Assembly (NCBI GenBank): GCA_964396795.1
Contig: CAYNGB010000004.1
Coordinates: 24,959-88,958, forward strand
Length of the DNA: 64,000 nt
DNA from: an uncultured Terracidiphilus sp.
Lineage (GTDB): Bacteria; Acidobacteriota; Terriglobia; Terriglobales; Acidobacteriaceae
Direction: 5' to 3'
The notes below the pieces were generated by a model that had not been told where the DNA came from, ran no database searches, and saw nothing but the letters and a program-made list of their open reading frames with translations. Positions 46,801 to 55,103 of the stretch are shown here, one piece after another; the stretch's first letter is position 1, and each line of letters begins with the position of its first letter. The position numbers and the translations under genes are program-made.

Positions 46801-47530
46801 TGACTACGTTGACCTGGCTCGCGGAGAATCCATACTCGGCCGGATAGATGCCGCTCTCGACCTTGAACTCCTGGATTGCATCCTGCGACAAAATCACGGC
46901 CGGTGTTTCCATCGCCTGGTCGGTGTTGACCAAGCCGTCCAGCGTGAAGTTGTTGCCCTCAGGACGGCCACCGTTGATGCTGATGGCGTTGCCTTCGCCC
47001 TGACGCATGTTGCCCTGCTCGCCGCCGATTGTGACCGCGCCGGCGCCCAAAAACAGCAATTGAACAAAGTTGCGGCCGTTCAGCGGGAGTTCTTCTACCT
47101 GCTGTTGACTGACCAGTTGCGACAGCGCCGCGCTATCGGTGTCCAGTTCGACGGCCTGCGCCGTCACTTCCAGGGTCTCTGTCACCGCACCAGGCTTCAA
47201 CGCCAGGTCGACGCGGACCTTCTGATCGACTGCCAGTACAAAGCCGGTCGTGACTGACTTTTGAAAGCCCTTCGTCTCTGCTGAAACCGAATAGGTCCCA
47301 GGAGGCAACGACGGAGCGTAATAGTCGCCCGCCGAACTGGTGACTGTCTTGAAGGCTTGGTTGGTTGCCGTGTTGGTTACTGTGACCTTCACGTCGGGAA
47401 TGATGGCTCCCGTACTGTCGGTCACCGTCCCCAGAATGGTGCCTGTCGCGCCTGCCTGCCCGAACATCCTGCCGGTGCCTACCGCTGCCAGCAGAAGGAA
47501 CAAGGCAAGACAGATTCGAAGTGTTCGCAT
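43838..47530 (-). CDS. TonB-dependent receptor, Oar-like (TBDR3)
   Basis: GGAGG RBS then MRTLRICLALFLLLAAVG; GTVTDSTGAIIP, ELPLNGRNF, DAIQEFKV, YGQDDWKV, FAPRFGF, DTFNTFNH; C-terminal QFGGKIQF. Confidence 0.95.
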   Translation of the reverse strand: MRTLRICLALFLLLAAVGTGRMFGQAGATGTILGTVTDSTGAIIPDVKVTVTNTATNQAFKTVTSSAGDYYAPSLPPGTYSVSAETKGFQKSVTTGFVLAVDQKVRVDLALKPGAVTETLEVTAQAVELDTDSAALSQLVSQQQVEELPLNGRNFVQLLFLGAGAVTIGGEQGNMRQGEGNAISINGGRPEGNNFTLDGLVNTDQAMETPAVILSQDAIQEFKVESGIYPAEYGFSASQVNVVSKGGSNKLHGTLFESHRENGFDALPFAQANTYITSTPTSLPVLHLNQFGFVADGPVYIPHLYDGRNKSFWMANYEGWRMNNGQLLTETVPNPAILTGDFAAESYTPIAGGATVNGVNVPLPGGLLPDYGTATCTALLSLGDNCMPYDPTTGANFPSNQVPSARFTSRIGLASIKYGFWNTPTVANQPEGISNYIQAIPGPLHMNQQTYRGDQNLGKWGSVFGRYTYSNYVNSSNYNSGSPVLGLEQYFEKGKSWEFSHTVNMGQSTVNNFRFGYLSANAPEGSGAPPATLPTDLAETGIFTTFGPLQQTYPNVGMSGFNSGGGPVNSYSGSFIPEWEFADSLTKVHGKHTLGFGFDYRHWIITRNLDDDFYGDWGFGSNQISVNSEPVSAAAGSPSSCEAATGYALCGTANGVSDMMLGFYDGASGFVPGPLSPTDQAGNPQTHIYNYFAPYGQDDWKVSPKLSLSFGVRWDFHAATFEKLNHLFWLDTENSAGGLCYADPNLSTDGVARGDYGVDGVTPILRYCGKVPHPGSKNPFAPRFGFNYRLNDKMVVRGGYGIFFTSYEGREIDDSGDIYPYSVRNALNPSTQNSLDTLKYGNQLFPSHQSLGPFPENSLSFIAVIESENPRNPYVQSWTLSVERELAKNTTLEVNYVGTHGSHMLDRTDIAQPLNIPAASLSLCQEQDVNGNYFNAVGATAIAPCSIASRLPYQNFNGTYIDGRFEGYSHYNAGNAKFEHRAGDLAVTAVYTWSKSMDNKSATAGAGASATGYEGYMDNSRPWLDYGRSDFNVPQRVVASWVYQLPFGRGKKIAGGSNWAADEIIGGWQLTGVATFQKGFPLEVTGPDIDGITGTGGMRANITAGCNLHQNTYSAPLAQFFWLNMGCFTGPAFGTYGNSARNFLNQPGINNFDMGLGKIFALGEHAKFVFKMDTFNTFNHHQYSQDVGGLLVAGSGGNQPISANVGSANGGLIYGSSSARVLQFGGKIQF

Positions 47531-47666
47531 CTTTATGCCTCCTTGAAAATTCTTGCTTCGACCTTGTCTCACAGGAAGCCGGCAATGACTTTTGCTCTGC
47601 GGTTCCCCGATTGGAGATGAAACACACTGGTCGCGGAAAAGTCCGCACCTACCCCAACGGGTGCAA

Positions 47667-47811
47667 AGCGTACTCAACGAACAATAAGAGTGTCAAGAGA
47701 AAACTATATTCCCGTTTGAAATATAAGAACCTCATAAGTATCCCCCTATTGGAAGGTCGTCAATGGATCGAAGACTAACCAATTTTCCCAGAACTATATC
47801 GATTTACTAAA
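47667..47811 (-). promoter_or_regulatory. Candidate sigma70 promoter for the TBDR3 operon plus a motif shared with the TBDR2 promoter
   Basis: Minus strand TTGACA (47696-47691)-18 nt-TACGCT (47672-47667); CGATTTACTAAA at 47800-47811 is identical to 23664-23675. Confidence 0.45.
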
Positions 47812-47913
47812 CTACGGCACGCATGCTCCGCGACGGCCGCCTTCGGGATCGTATTCCAATACGTAAAAGAAATGACAGCGCTTCGAGGATTACTGCGGAA
47901 CCATGGTTATATC

Positions 47914-47980
47914 GGAGGGGGCAGGGGCCTTCACGCCCCTGAACGAGGCCCCTTCAATTCTGGGCCTTCAGCTCCAGGCC
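47914..47980. repeat. REP-like palindromic element
   Basis: CAGGGGC-CTTCAC-GCCCCTG hairpin (47922-47941) followed by a second related unit, GGGCCTTCAGCTCC. Single cluster in the window, so repeat status is unproven. Confidence 0.3.
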
Positions 47981-48291
47981 TTATCCCCCCGCAAGCGGTT
48001 CCTTTTGCCGGGAATTAGGCCCCACAAGCGCACAATCTAGGTATGGCCCCTATTCCGTTTCCATCTGGCAGGGGTTTGGCGGGCTTATACCAACCCCCAC
48101 CCCACCCCCCTCCCCCCTCTGGATGGGCGATTTCCGGGGGCACTAACGGCCCGTTAGATGAGACAACCTACACTGAATCAATAACATAAAGGATACGCCC
48201 ACTAACCGCACCATTATCTTAATGGTAAACAGAAGCCGTTGAAAAATGCCTCATTTCGTCGCCTTTGAGGCTGATTTTGGCAACTGACACG

Positions 48292-51150
48292 CTATTTGGA
48301 AGGAATCGACTCCAACAACGTCACCGGCCCCAGCATGCCTGACGGCAAGGGATGAAGATCCTCCATGCCTTGCGGTACAAAAAGCATCCCGTAGCGGTCC
48401 CACAAAAGTCGATAGTCCGGCAGCGCCGACCCTGCCAAGGCGTTAATTGCCGTGTTGCCCACCACGACACGCAGTTCGTTTGTGCCATCGTGGACAAAGT
48501 GAGTGACGTCGAGCCGGTAGGGTGGCCGCCAGACCGCGCCTGCGAACTGCCCGTTGACATACACCTGCCCTGCCTCGCGGATAGGCCCCTCTAGATAGGC
48601 CCGCATGTTAGGTCTCGGCGCCGGCGACGGAACAGGCACCCGGGTACCCGGCCCAAAATCGAGCACAACCGTAGTTCCCTGCGGCTTTCCACTAGGCAGG
48701 TTGAATTCCTTTTGATACGTGGCAAGTCCTGAGAAAAATTGCGTCCTCGCATTGTCGCTCCACGATGCAAGCTGATCCATATCCACACTCAACCCGCTCT
48801 CGCCGAATGACACCTTCCACTGCCGCGATAAGTTCGCGATCACGCTCTCGCGCCTCTTGGGCTGCGGCGTAGCTGCTGTGGCATCATCTGAGAAGTAGAT
48901 CAGGCGTGATTCATAGGGAGCTAGGTCGAGGTCGATATTCTTCGGATCGGGAAGCCCTGTAATCTTGCCCGTAAATGCATCCCATGCTTCCGCGTGGCGG
49001 GCGGCATTACGAAACTGCGCGCGCACCTGCCTGGCCTCGTTGGCAGTGTTGGCTACAAAGTAGAGGTCCCCACCGGGGAGCTTGCGATGAATGAATCCAA
49101 TCTCCGGCCTACGCGGGGATAAAGTCACATCTGGCGCGGCATACTTTGCCAAGTCCGCACCCAGTTGAGTTTCGTCCTCAATAAAATGCGCGGAAGCGAT
49201 GCCGCTCTGAAACAGCGTATGCGACAGTTCCTTGAGCCGCGCCGAGTCTTGATCGGCATGCATCAGCCCGGGAGCCGTGGCCGGCAAGCGCCGGGTGGCG
49301 ATCACGATTCCGCCGCCCCGCGCAAAGGCGAGGATCTTTTCGTAAGTCGAAACAGGCAACCGGTCCACGCCGGGAAGAATCAGCACCCTGTATGGAATGC
49401 CCACCCTGTCGATGGCATCGGGATCTATGAAGTCCACATTGAATCCGGCATCGAGAACCTGTGCAATCACCTGCTTTCCGAGGATGTGCTCCATCGACTC
49501 ATCGATGCTTACGTTCGATCCCGACTCGTCGAACCCGGCCGGCGATGTAGGCGAGGCATGCTTCTGAAATCCGGCCGAGAACATCGCCCATGCGTCGTCA
49601 TTGGGCAGCAGCAGCGCCACATCGTTGGCGGGCTCTCCCTGGCGAAGCGCAAAGCTGACCCTCTGTAGATACCGCGTCAGATCGGGCATCACCGGGAACC
49701 ATGGGTTATGCCCGTTCAATGCTGCAGCCGCATACATGCGCCAGCCCGGCTCCGTTGCCGATGGCGGCGAATAGGGCCAACCGTGACCAACCAGTTGGTT
49801 GATCCCCTGCAGAAAATGCAGGTCCGCTTCCACCTTCATGTCTAAAGGCGTGGCCCGGAACGCAGGTGAGTGCAACCAGGTCCATGTCTCTGAAGAGATA
49901 ACCGGCCGATGAAACAGGTGACCCGCCGATGCGGCCCAGCGCGTGTCAGAGAACTCCCGCCACATCTCAAAGGTAGCCTTGCCCTCCCCTTCGGGTAGAT
50001 CGGCCAGCCGGTTGCTTGAGAGCGTCACCGGTGGGAACCCGTAGGTCTGCGAGCGCAACAGTGTGTGATGCTCCTGAGCCCAGGCCTGCATGGGAGTAAG
50101 GAAGTTCTCATCTGCCATCTCGGTGAGAGTTTTGCCCCAATCATGACGAATCGCGGCTGTGTCCGGTCCGGCATTCACCGATAGCGCCAGCAAGTGAGGT
50201 CGCAGATCGTACCCGCGTCGGCGCTGGAACTCGGTGAGTAATGCCGGGCTCCAGTCCGATCCATAATCCTCCAGGCTGTCGCTGAAGACGGCATACGGAG
50301 GATGATCGCCGAAGGCGGAAAGCAGACGATCGCCCACCGCATGGAGGTGGTCCTCCATGGCCACATGATCGTAATGATCGAGGACAAATCCCGCCGCATC
50401 CACGGAGGGGCGCTTCACCATCATCCCTGTGCGGCTGGAAATATACACAAGCAGGGTGCGGGTGGCCGGCGCGGGAGAAACTGCGTACCTCCCTGCAACC
50501 GGCACTGCCATCGCTTCTGCGCTGGTGACCTCCGGCCCCAGAGTGGAATGGGAGAACACTTTTGTGGGTGGGGGACCGGGAATCAAAAACGCCGCGATCA
50601 GTTCCTCGCCCGCATCCACATAGGGTGCCCGAACGGAGGTCGCACCCGGCTCCACCGCAAGAGCCTCGACACGCAGCTTGCCGGCAGCCTCGGTCACCGG
50701 AATGTGTGGACCGCCGAACGGCCAGCCACTGCACAGCGTCACATCGACGCGCAGTCCCAACCGCCGCGCCTCCTGAGCCGCGAAGCTCAATGCATCCAGA
50801 TGCTCCTGTGATAGGTAAGGCGTGTTGTGAAATCCGGTCGACGGATCATCGAGCGCCAGAGGATAGAGGTTCGCGATTTCTACGCCGCCGATGCCCACGG
50901 ATTTCATTTGTTCCAGTTCCCTGGTCAGCTCGGGCTTTGTCGCGGCAGGTCCAAACCACCACCAGCGCATCATGATGCGGCTCGAATCGGGCGGATCGGC
51001 AAACTCGCGATGCAAATCGGCAGTACTCGCGGCCCCTTGCGCCAGAACAGGCGTGTACGCCAACAACCCGAAGCCGACAAACAAGAGCAATGGCCAGAAA
51101 TGGACCGTGCAGTGAAACAGGCGGCGATTTGCAAAAGTGGTGCGCGACAT
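48292..51150 (-). CDS. GH106-like glycoside hydrolase (alpha-L-rhamnosidase family), divergent type
   Basis: Signal peptide; RWWWFGPA, SGWPFGGP, VFSDSLED, EFQRRRGYDL, SAGHLF..ISSETWTW, YLQRVS; C-terminal VWRPPYRLDVT...SGMLGPV. Confidence 0.8.
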   Translation of the reverse strand: MSRTTFANRRLFHCTVHFWPLLLFVGFGLLAYTPVLAQGAASTADLHREFADPPDSSRIMMRWWWFGPAATKPELTRELEQMKSVGIGGVEIANLYPLALDDPSTGFHNTPYLSQEHLDALSFAAQEARRLGLRVDVTLCSGWPFGGPHIPVTEAAGKLRVEALAVEPGATSVRAPYVDAGEELIAAFLIPGPPPTKVFSHSTLGPEVTSAEAMAVPVAGRYAVSPAPATRTLLVYISSRTGMMVKRPSVDAAGFVLDHYDHVAMEDHLHAVGDRLLSAFGDHPPYAVFSDSLEDYGSDWSPALLTEFQRRRGYDLRPHLLALSVNAGPDTAAIRHDWGKTLTEMADENFLTPMQAWAQEHHTLLRSQTYGFPPVTLSSNRLADLPEGEGKATFEMWREFSDTRWAASAGHLFHRPVISSETWTWLHSPAFRATPLDMKVEADLHFLQGINQLVGHGWPYSPPSATEPGWRMYAAAALNGHNPWFPVMPDLTRYLQRVSFALRQGEPANDVALLLPNDDAWAMFSAGFQKHASPTSPAGFDESGSNVSIDESMEHILGKQVIAQVLDAGFNVDFIDPDAIDRVGIPYRVLILPGVDRLPVSTYEKILAFARGGGIVIATRRLPATAPGLMHADQDSARLKELSHTLFQSGIASAHFIEDETQLGADLAKYAAPDVTLSPRRPEIGFIHRKLPGGDLYFVANTANEARQVRAQFRNAARHAEAWDAFTGKITGLPDPKNIDLDLAPYESRLIYFSDDATAATPQPKRRESVIANLSRQWKVSFGESGLSVDMDQLASWSDNARTQFFSGLATYQKEFNLPSGKPQGTTVVLDFGPGTRVPVPSPAPRPNMRAYLEGPIREAGQVYVNGQFAGAVWRPPYRLDVTHFVHDGTNELRVVVGNTAINALAGSALPDYRLLWDRYGMLFVPQGMEDLHPLPSGMLGPVTLLESIPSK

Positions 51151-51431
51151 GAAAACTGAACCTCCTCAAGTTGCGCCCGGTTCATCTTCGGCGCGGCTTG
51201 CCGTGAATTAGATTGGCGTGTTCCTTCATAGCAGAGCCAGTCAAAAACGGCAATGCCTTCGACGTCGAGAAATTCGAATAGGAAAATTTTTGCCTTTCGG
51301 ATGTTGGGCCTATTGTGCTAATGTCCTAGCGCTCCTAGAAATGGTGAACCATCGCCTCTGGCGCTATGGATCAATGGTTTCGTATCAACCCGAGAATGAA
51401 CCGCAAGTTGCTGTAAACAAAGGAACAAACA

Positions 51432-54400
51432 ATGAATGTGTTGACCAAAAGTCTGATTTCGGCAAGCTTGGTGCTGATCATGGGGCTCGCCGCCACGGCG
51501 CAAACCAACCCTGACCCGCTCCAGAGTGGCTTCCAGGACCCGCCCAACGGCGCTCGACCGAGGGTGTGGTGGCACTGGATGAACGGCAATATTACCAAGG
51601 AAGGCATCAAGCTGGACCTGGAGTGGATGCACCGGGCTGGTCTGGGAGGCTTCCAGAACTTTGACGCCGCGCTGGAGACACCGCAAGTTGTCGAGAAGCG
51701 CTTGGCCTACATGACCCCAGAGTGGAAGGACGCATTCAAATATGCCACCACTCTCGCCGATCAGTTTGGCCTCGAAGAGGCCATCGCCGGCTCGCCGGGT
51801 TGGAGCGAGTCCGGCGGTCCCTGGGTACCGGGACCTGAGGGGATGAAGAAGTATGTTTGGAGCGAGACCGATGTTGAAGGCGGTCAGCCATTTACCGGCA
51901 CACTCGCCCATCCTCCATCGAACACTGGGGCGTTTCAGAACATGAGCGTCCATGATCAGCAGCCTCCGCCGGGTACCATGGCGATTCCGCAGTTCTACGC
52001 CGACGCTGTAGTCGTGGCCTATAAAAAAGCAGCAACCGACGAGTCTGTTGAAGAACTGCACGCCAAGATCACAGCCAGCGGCGGCTCCCCGGACTTCGCC
52101 ATGCTTTCCGATGGCGACCTGGAAAAGGGCACTAAACTGCCCATCCCGGCAGAGGGTGCAACTTCCTGGATTCAATACGAATTTCCTGCGCCGCAGGCCA
52201 TTCGCGCCATCACCTTCGTCATCAAGGAACCGGATATGATTGCGGCTCTGATGGCCAAGATGGGCCCTCCTGAACAGACTCTTGAGGCCAGCGACGATGG
52301 ACAGAACTTCCGGGTCATCGCCAAGCTTTCCGGCGGCAGTGCCCCCGAACATACCATTTCTTTTCCGGCGGTGACGGCGAAGTTCTTCCGCGTCTCATTC
52401 AAGCGCACCCCGCCACCTCCGATTCCCGCCTGGGCTGTCGGACTTACCCCGGAAGACTTCGGAATTAAGGTTGGCCCGCCGCCCACCGACTATGAACCCG
52501 TTGAGGTGGTGCTTCACCCCGGAGCGCGCGTCAACCGGTTTGAAGAGAAGGCAGCTTTCACCGCAGAGCCGGATCTCTACGGTTTTGCAACCCCGCCTGT
52601 GGACCCGGCTGACGCAGTCGCCAAGTCCGATGTGATCGACCTGACCTCGAAGATGCGTCCCGATGGAACCCTGGACTGGACGCCGCCTCCCGGCCACTGG
52701 GTCGTGCTTCGCTTTGGCTATTCCCTGCTGGGCATTACCAACCACCCCGCCACCGCAGAAGCCACTGGTCTTGAAGTGGACAAGCTGGACGGCAGGTTTG
52801 TGCGGAAATACTTCAACACCTATCTGGACAGCTACAAAGAGACAGTGGGTGCGGACTGGATGGGCAAGAAGGGAATCCGTTACGTCATCAACGATAGCTG
52901 GGAAGCCGGTTCGCAAAACTGGACCGACAATATGATCGCGCAATTTAAGAAGTTGCGCGGCTACGACCCAACGCCGTGGATGCCGGTTCTGGCCGGACAG
53001 GTGGTAGAGAGCGCCGCAGCCAGCGACAAGTTCCTGTGGGACTTCCGCAAGACCATTGGTGACCTCATCGCCAACGAACACTATGGCGAGTTGGAAGCCG
53101 TGCTGCACCAGCGCGACATCGGCCATTATGGTGAGTCGCACGAGTCTGGCCGCGCCTTTGTGGCCGATGGCATGGAAGTGAAGAAGTTCAACGAAGTGCC
53201 CATGAGCGCCATGTGGACCCAGGTACCCGGGGTCAACGAAGAGACATTCGGTTACAACGCGGATGATCGCGAGTCGGCGTCCGTGGCTCACATTTACGGG
53301 CAGAATCTTGCCGCCGCTGAATCCATGACCGCTGCCGCCGCGCCCTGGGCATGGTCACCTTCAACCCTGAAGCCCACCGCCGACCAGGAATTCCTGAACG
53401 GCATCAATCGCTTTGTCATTCACGAGTCGGCCCACCAGCCGCTGGTGAACAAGGCGCCCGGAATGACACTTGGGCCGTTCGGCCAGTGGTTCAACCGCAA
53501 CGAAACCTGGGCCGAACAGGCCGATACCTGGATCAACTATCTGGCGCGCACCAGCTTCCTGCTCCAACAGGGACATTTCGGTGCGGACCTGATTTACCTC
53601 TACGGCGAAGATTCAAACCTGACCGCAATCTTCGACAGGAAGGCACCCGATGTGCCCGCGGGCTACGGCTTTGACTATGTCAACGCTGACGCCCTGATCC
53701 ACGAATTGAGTGTCTCCGACGGCCGGATTACCACCCCCAGCGGCATGAAATATCGTGTCCTGGGACTTGATCCTTACAGCCAGCACATGTCGTTGCCGGT
53801 TTTGCGCGCCATTCACAAGCTGGTTGTCGATGGTGCGGTGGTTGCCGGACCAAAGCCAACCGATGATCCCAGCCTGTCCGACGATCAGGTCGAATTCCAG
53901 ATGTTGAATGACCAACTGTTCGGCGACGGTACGGGAGTGCACCAGGTAGGCAAAGGCACCGTATACGCCGGCCAAAAACTCGGCGATGTCTTCGCCGCTA
54001 TCCAGGTAACGCCCGACTTCGACTACTCCAAGCCGGAAGCCGACGCCCGCCTGCTGTTCGTTCATCGCAAGCTCGACGACGGCGATATCTATTTCGTCGA
54101 CAACCGCAAAGACCGCAACGAATCTGTGGATGCAACGTTCCGCGTAACCGGCAAGACGCCCGAGTTGTGGCACGCTGAAACCGGCGTAATGGAACCCGCG
54201 TCCTACAAGATCGCCGACGGCCGCACCACAGTCCCATTGAAACTGGAACCTTGGGGCACCGTGTTTGTAGTCTTCCGCAAACCGGCCACCGAGACCTCGG
54301 TTACGCTGCCTGCCAAGAGCGAAACCGCGGTTGCCACACTTGCCGGTCCGTGGAAGGTAACCTTCCAGCCGGATCGCGGGGCTCCGCCTTCCATCACCCT

Positions 54401-54818
54401 GAAACAGCTCTCATCCTGGACTGAAAGCTCCGACCCGGGAGTGAAGTACTTCTCCGGCGCGGGCACTTACACTAAGACGATCAATGCCAAGGCTGCCTGG
54501 TTCAAGGACGGCGCAAAGGTATGGATCGACTTGGGCGACGTCAAGAACCTTGCTGAAGTCACAGTCAACGGCAAATCACTAGGAGTAGTCTGGCACACGC
54601 CTTATCGTGTCGACGCTACCTCCGCTCTCAAGCCTGGAGCCAATGAAGTAACAATTAAGGTGATCAACGCGTGGGTTAACCGGCTGATTGGCGATGAGCA
54701 GCCCGGCGTCACCACCAAGATCACTTTCGCCGACGTGAAACCGTACAGGGCCAAGTCACCCCTGCTTCCTTCTGGATTGCTTGGACCTGTGCATGTTTAT
54801 TCAGTCTCCGCAAAGTAA
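51432..54818 (+). CDS. GH106 glycoside hydrolase (alpha-L-rhamnosidase family), secreted
   Basis: RPRVWWHWMNGN, SPGWSESGGPW, GLEVDKL, INDSWEAG, SVAHIYG..AAAESMT, GINRFVIH, DLGDVKNLAEV, SGLLGPV. Confidence 0.9.
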   Translation: MNVLTKSLISASLVLIMGLAATAQTNPDPLQSGFQDPPNGARPRVWWHWMNGNITKEGIKLDLEWMHRAGLGGFQNFDAALETPQVVEKRLAYMTPEWKDAFKYATTLADQFGLEEAIAGSPGWSESGGPWVPGPEGMKKYVWSETDVEGGQPFTGTLAHPPSNTGAFQNMSVHDQQPPPGTMAIPQFYADAVVVAYKKAATDESVEELHAKITASGGSPDFAMLSDGDLEKGTKLPIPAEGATSWIQYEFPAPQAIRAITFVIKEPDMIAALMAKMGPPEQTLEASDDGQNFRVIAKLSGGSAPEHTISFPAVTAKFFRVSFKRTPPPPIPAWAVGLTPEDFGIKVGPPPTDYEPVEVVLHPGARVNRFEEKAAFTAEPDLYGFATPPVDPADAVAKSDVIDLTSKMRPDGTLDWTPPPGHWVVLRFGYSLLGITNHPATAEATGLEVDKLDGRFVRKYFNTYLDSYKETVGADWMGKKGIRYVINDSWEAGSQNWTDNMIAQFKKLRGYDPTPWMPVLAGQVVESAAASDKFLWDFRKTIGDLIANEHYGELEAVLHQRDIGHYGESHESGRAFVADGMEVKKFNEVPMSAMWTQVPGVNEETFGYNADDRESASVAHIYGQNLAAAESMTAAAAPWAWSPSTLKPTADQEFLNGINRFVIHESAHQPLVNKAPGMTLGPFGQWFNRNETWAEQADTWINYLARTSFLLQQGHFGADLIYLYGEDSNLTAIFDRKAPDVPAGYGFDYVNADALIHELSVSDGRITTPSGMKYRVLGLDPYSQHMSLPVLRAIHKLVVDGAVVAGPKPTDDPSLSDDQVEFQMLNDQLFGDGTGVHQVGKGTVYAGQKLGDVFAAIQVTPDFDYSKPEADARLLFVHRKLDDGDIYFVDNRKDRNESVDATFRVTGKTPELWHAETGVMEPASYKIADGRTTVPLKLEPWGTVFVVFRKPATETSVTLPAKSETAVATLAGPWKVTFQPDRGAPPSITLKQLSSWTESSDPGVKYFSGAGTYTKTINAKAAWFKDGAKVWIDLGDVKNLAEVTVNGKSLGVVWHTPYRVDATSALKPGANEVTIKVINAWVNRLIGDEQPGVTTKITFADVKPYRAKSPLLPSGLLGPVHVYSVSAK

Positions 54819-54954
54819 GGAATGCGGTGAATTGGTAAATCCTCGAAGGGGATTCCGGGGCATTATCTTCGCGGTCTCTGTCTGCTGAACCGGCGAAGAA
54901 TGCAGTAACTCGGAACCCCTTCAAGGCATCGTCAGTTTGGTCTATCAGCAGCAG

Positions 54955-54997
54955 CACAAAGGGCCCGTACTCGTCTGTCGAGTACGGGCCCTTTGTG
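54955..54997. terminator. Probable bidirectional terminator between convergent GH106 genes
   Basis: Perfect 19-bp stem CACAAAGGGCCCGTACTCG-TCTGT-CGAGTACGGGCCCTTTGTG. Confidence 0.8.
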
Positions 54998-55103
54998 TTG
55001 AATGCAAGGCAGAGTACAGAGTGGTGCGATCAGGATGAAAGCCCTTGTGTCCTGGTGCACAAGGAGCGTACTGGAGATTGTGGAGTCTCAGCGCAATGAG
55101 TTG

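Noticed and set aside
44984..47257. 757-aa ORF on the + strand
   Set aside because: Antisense shadow of TBDR3, expected from GC-rich codon bias; no recognisable motifs.
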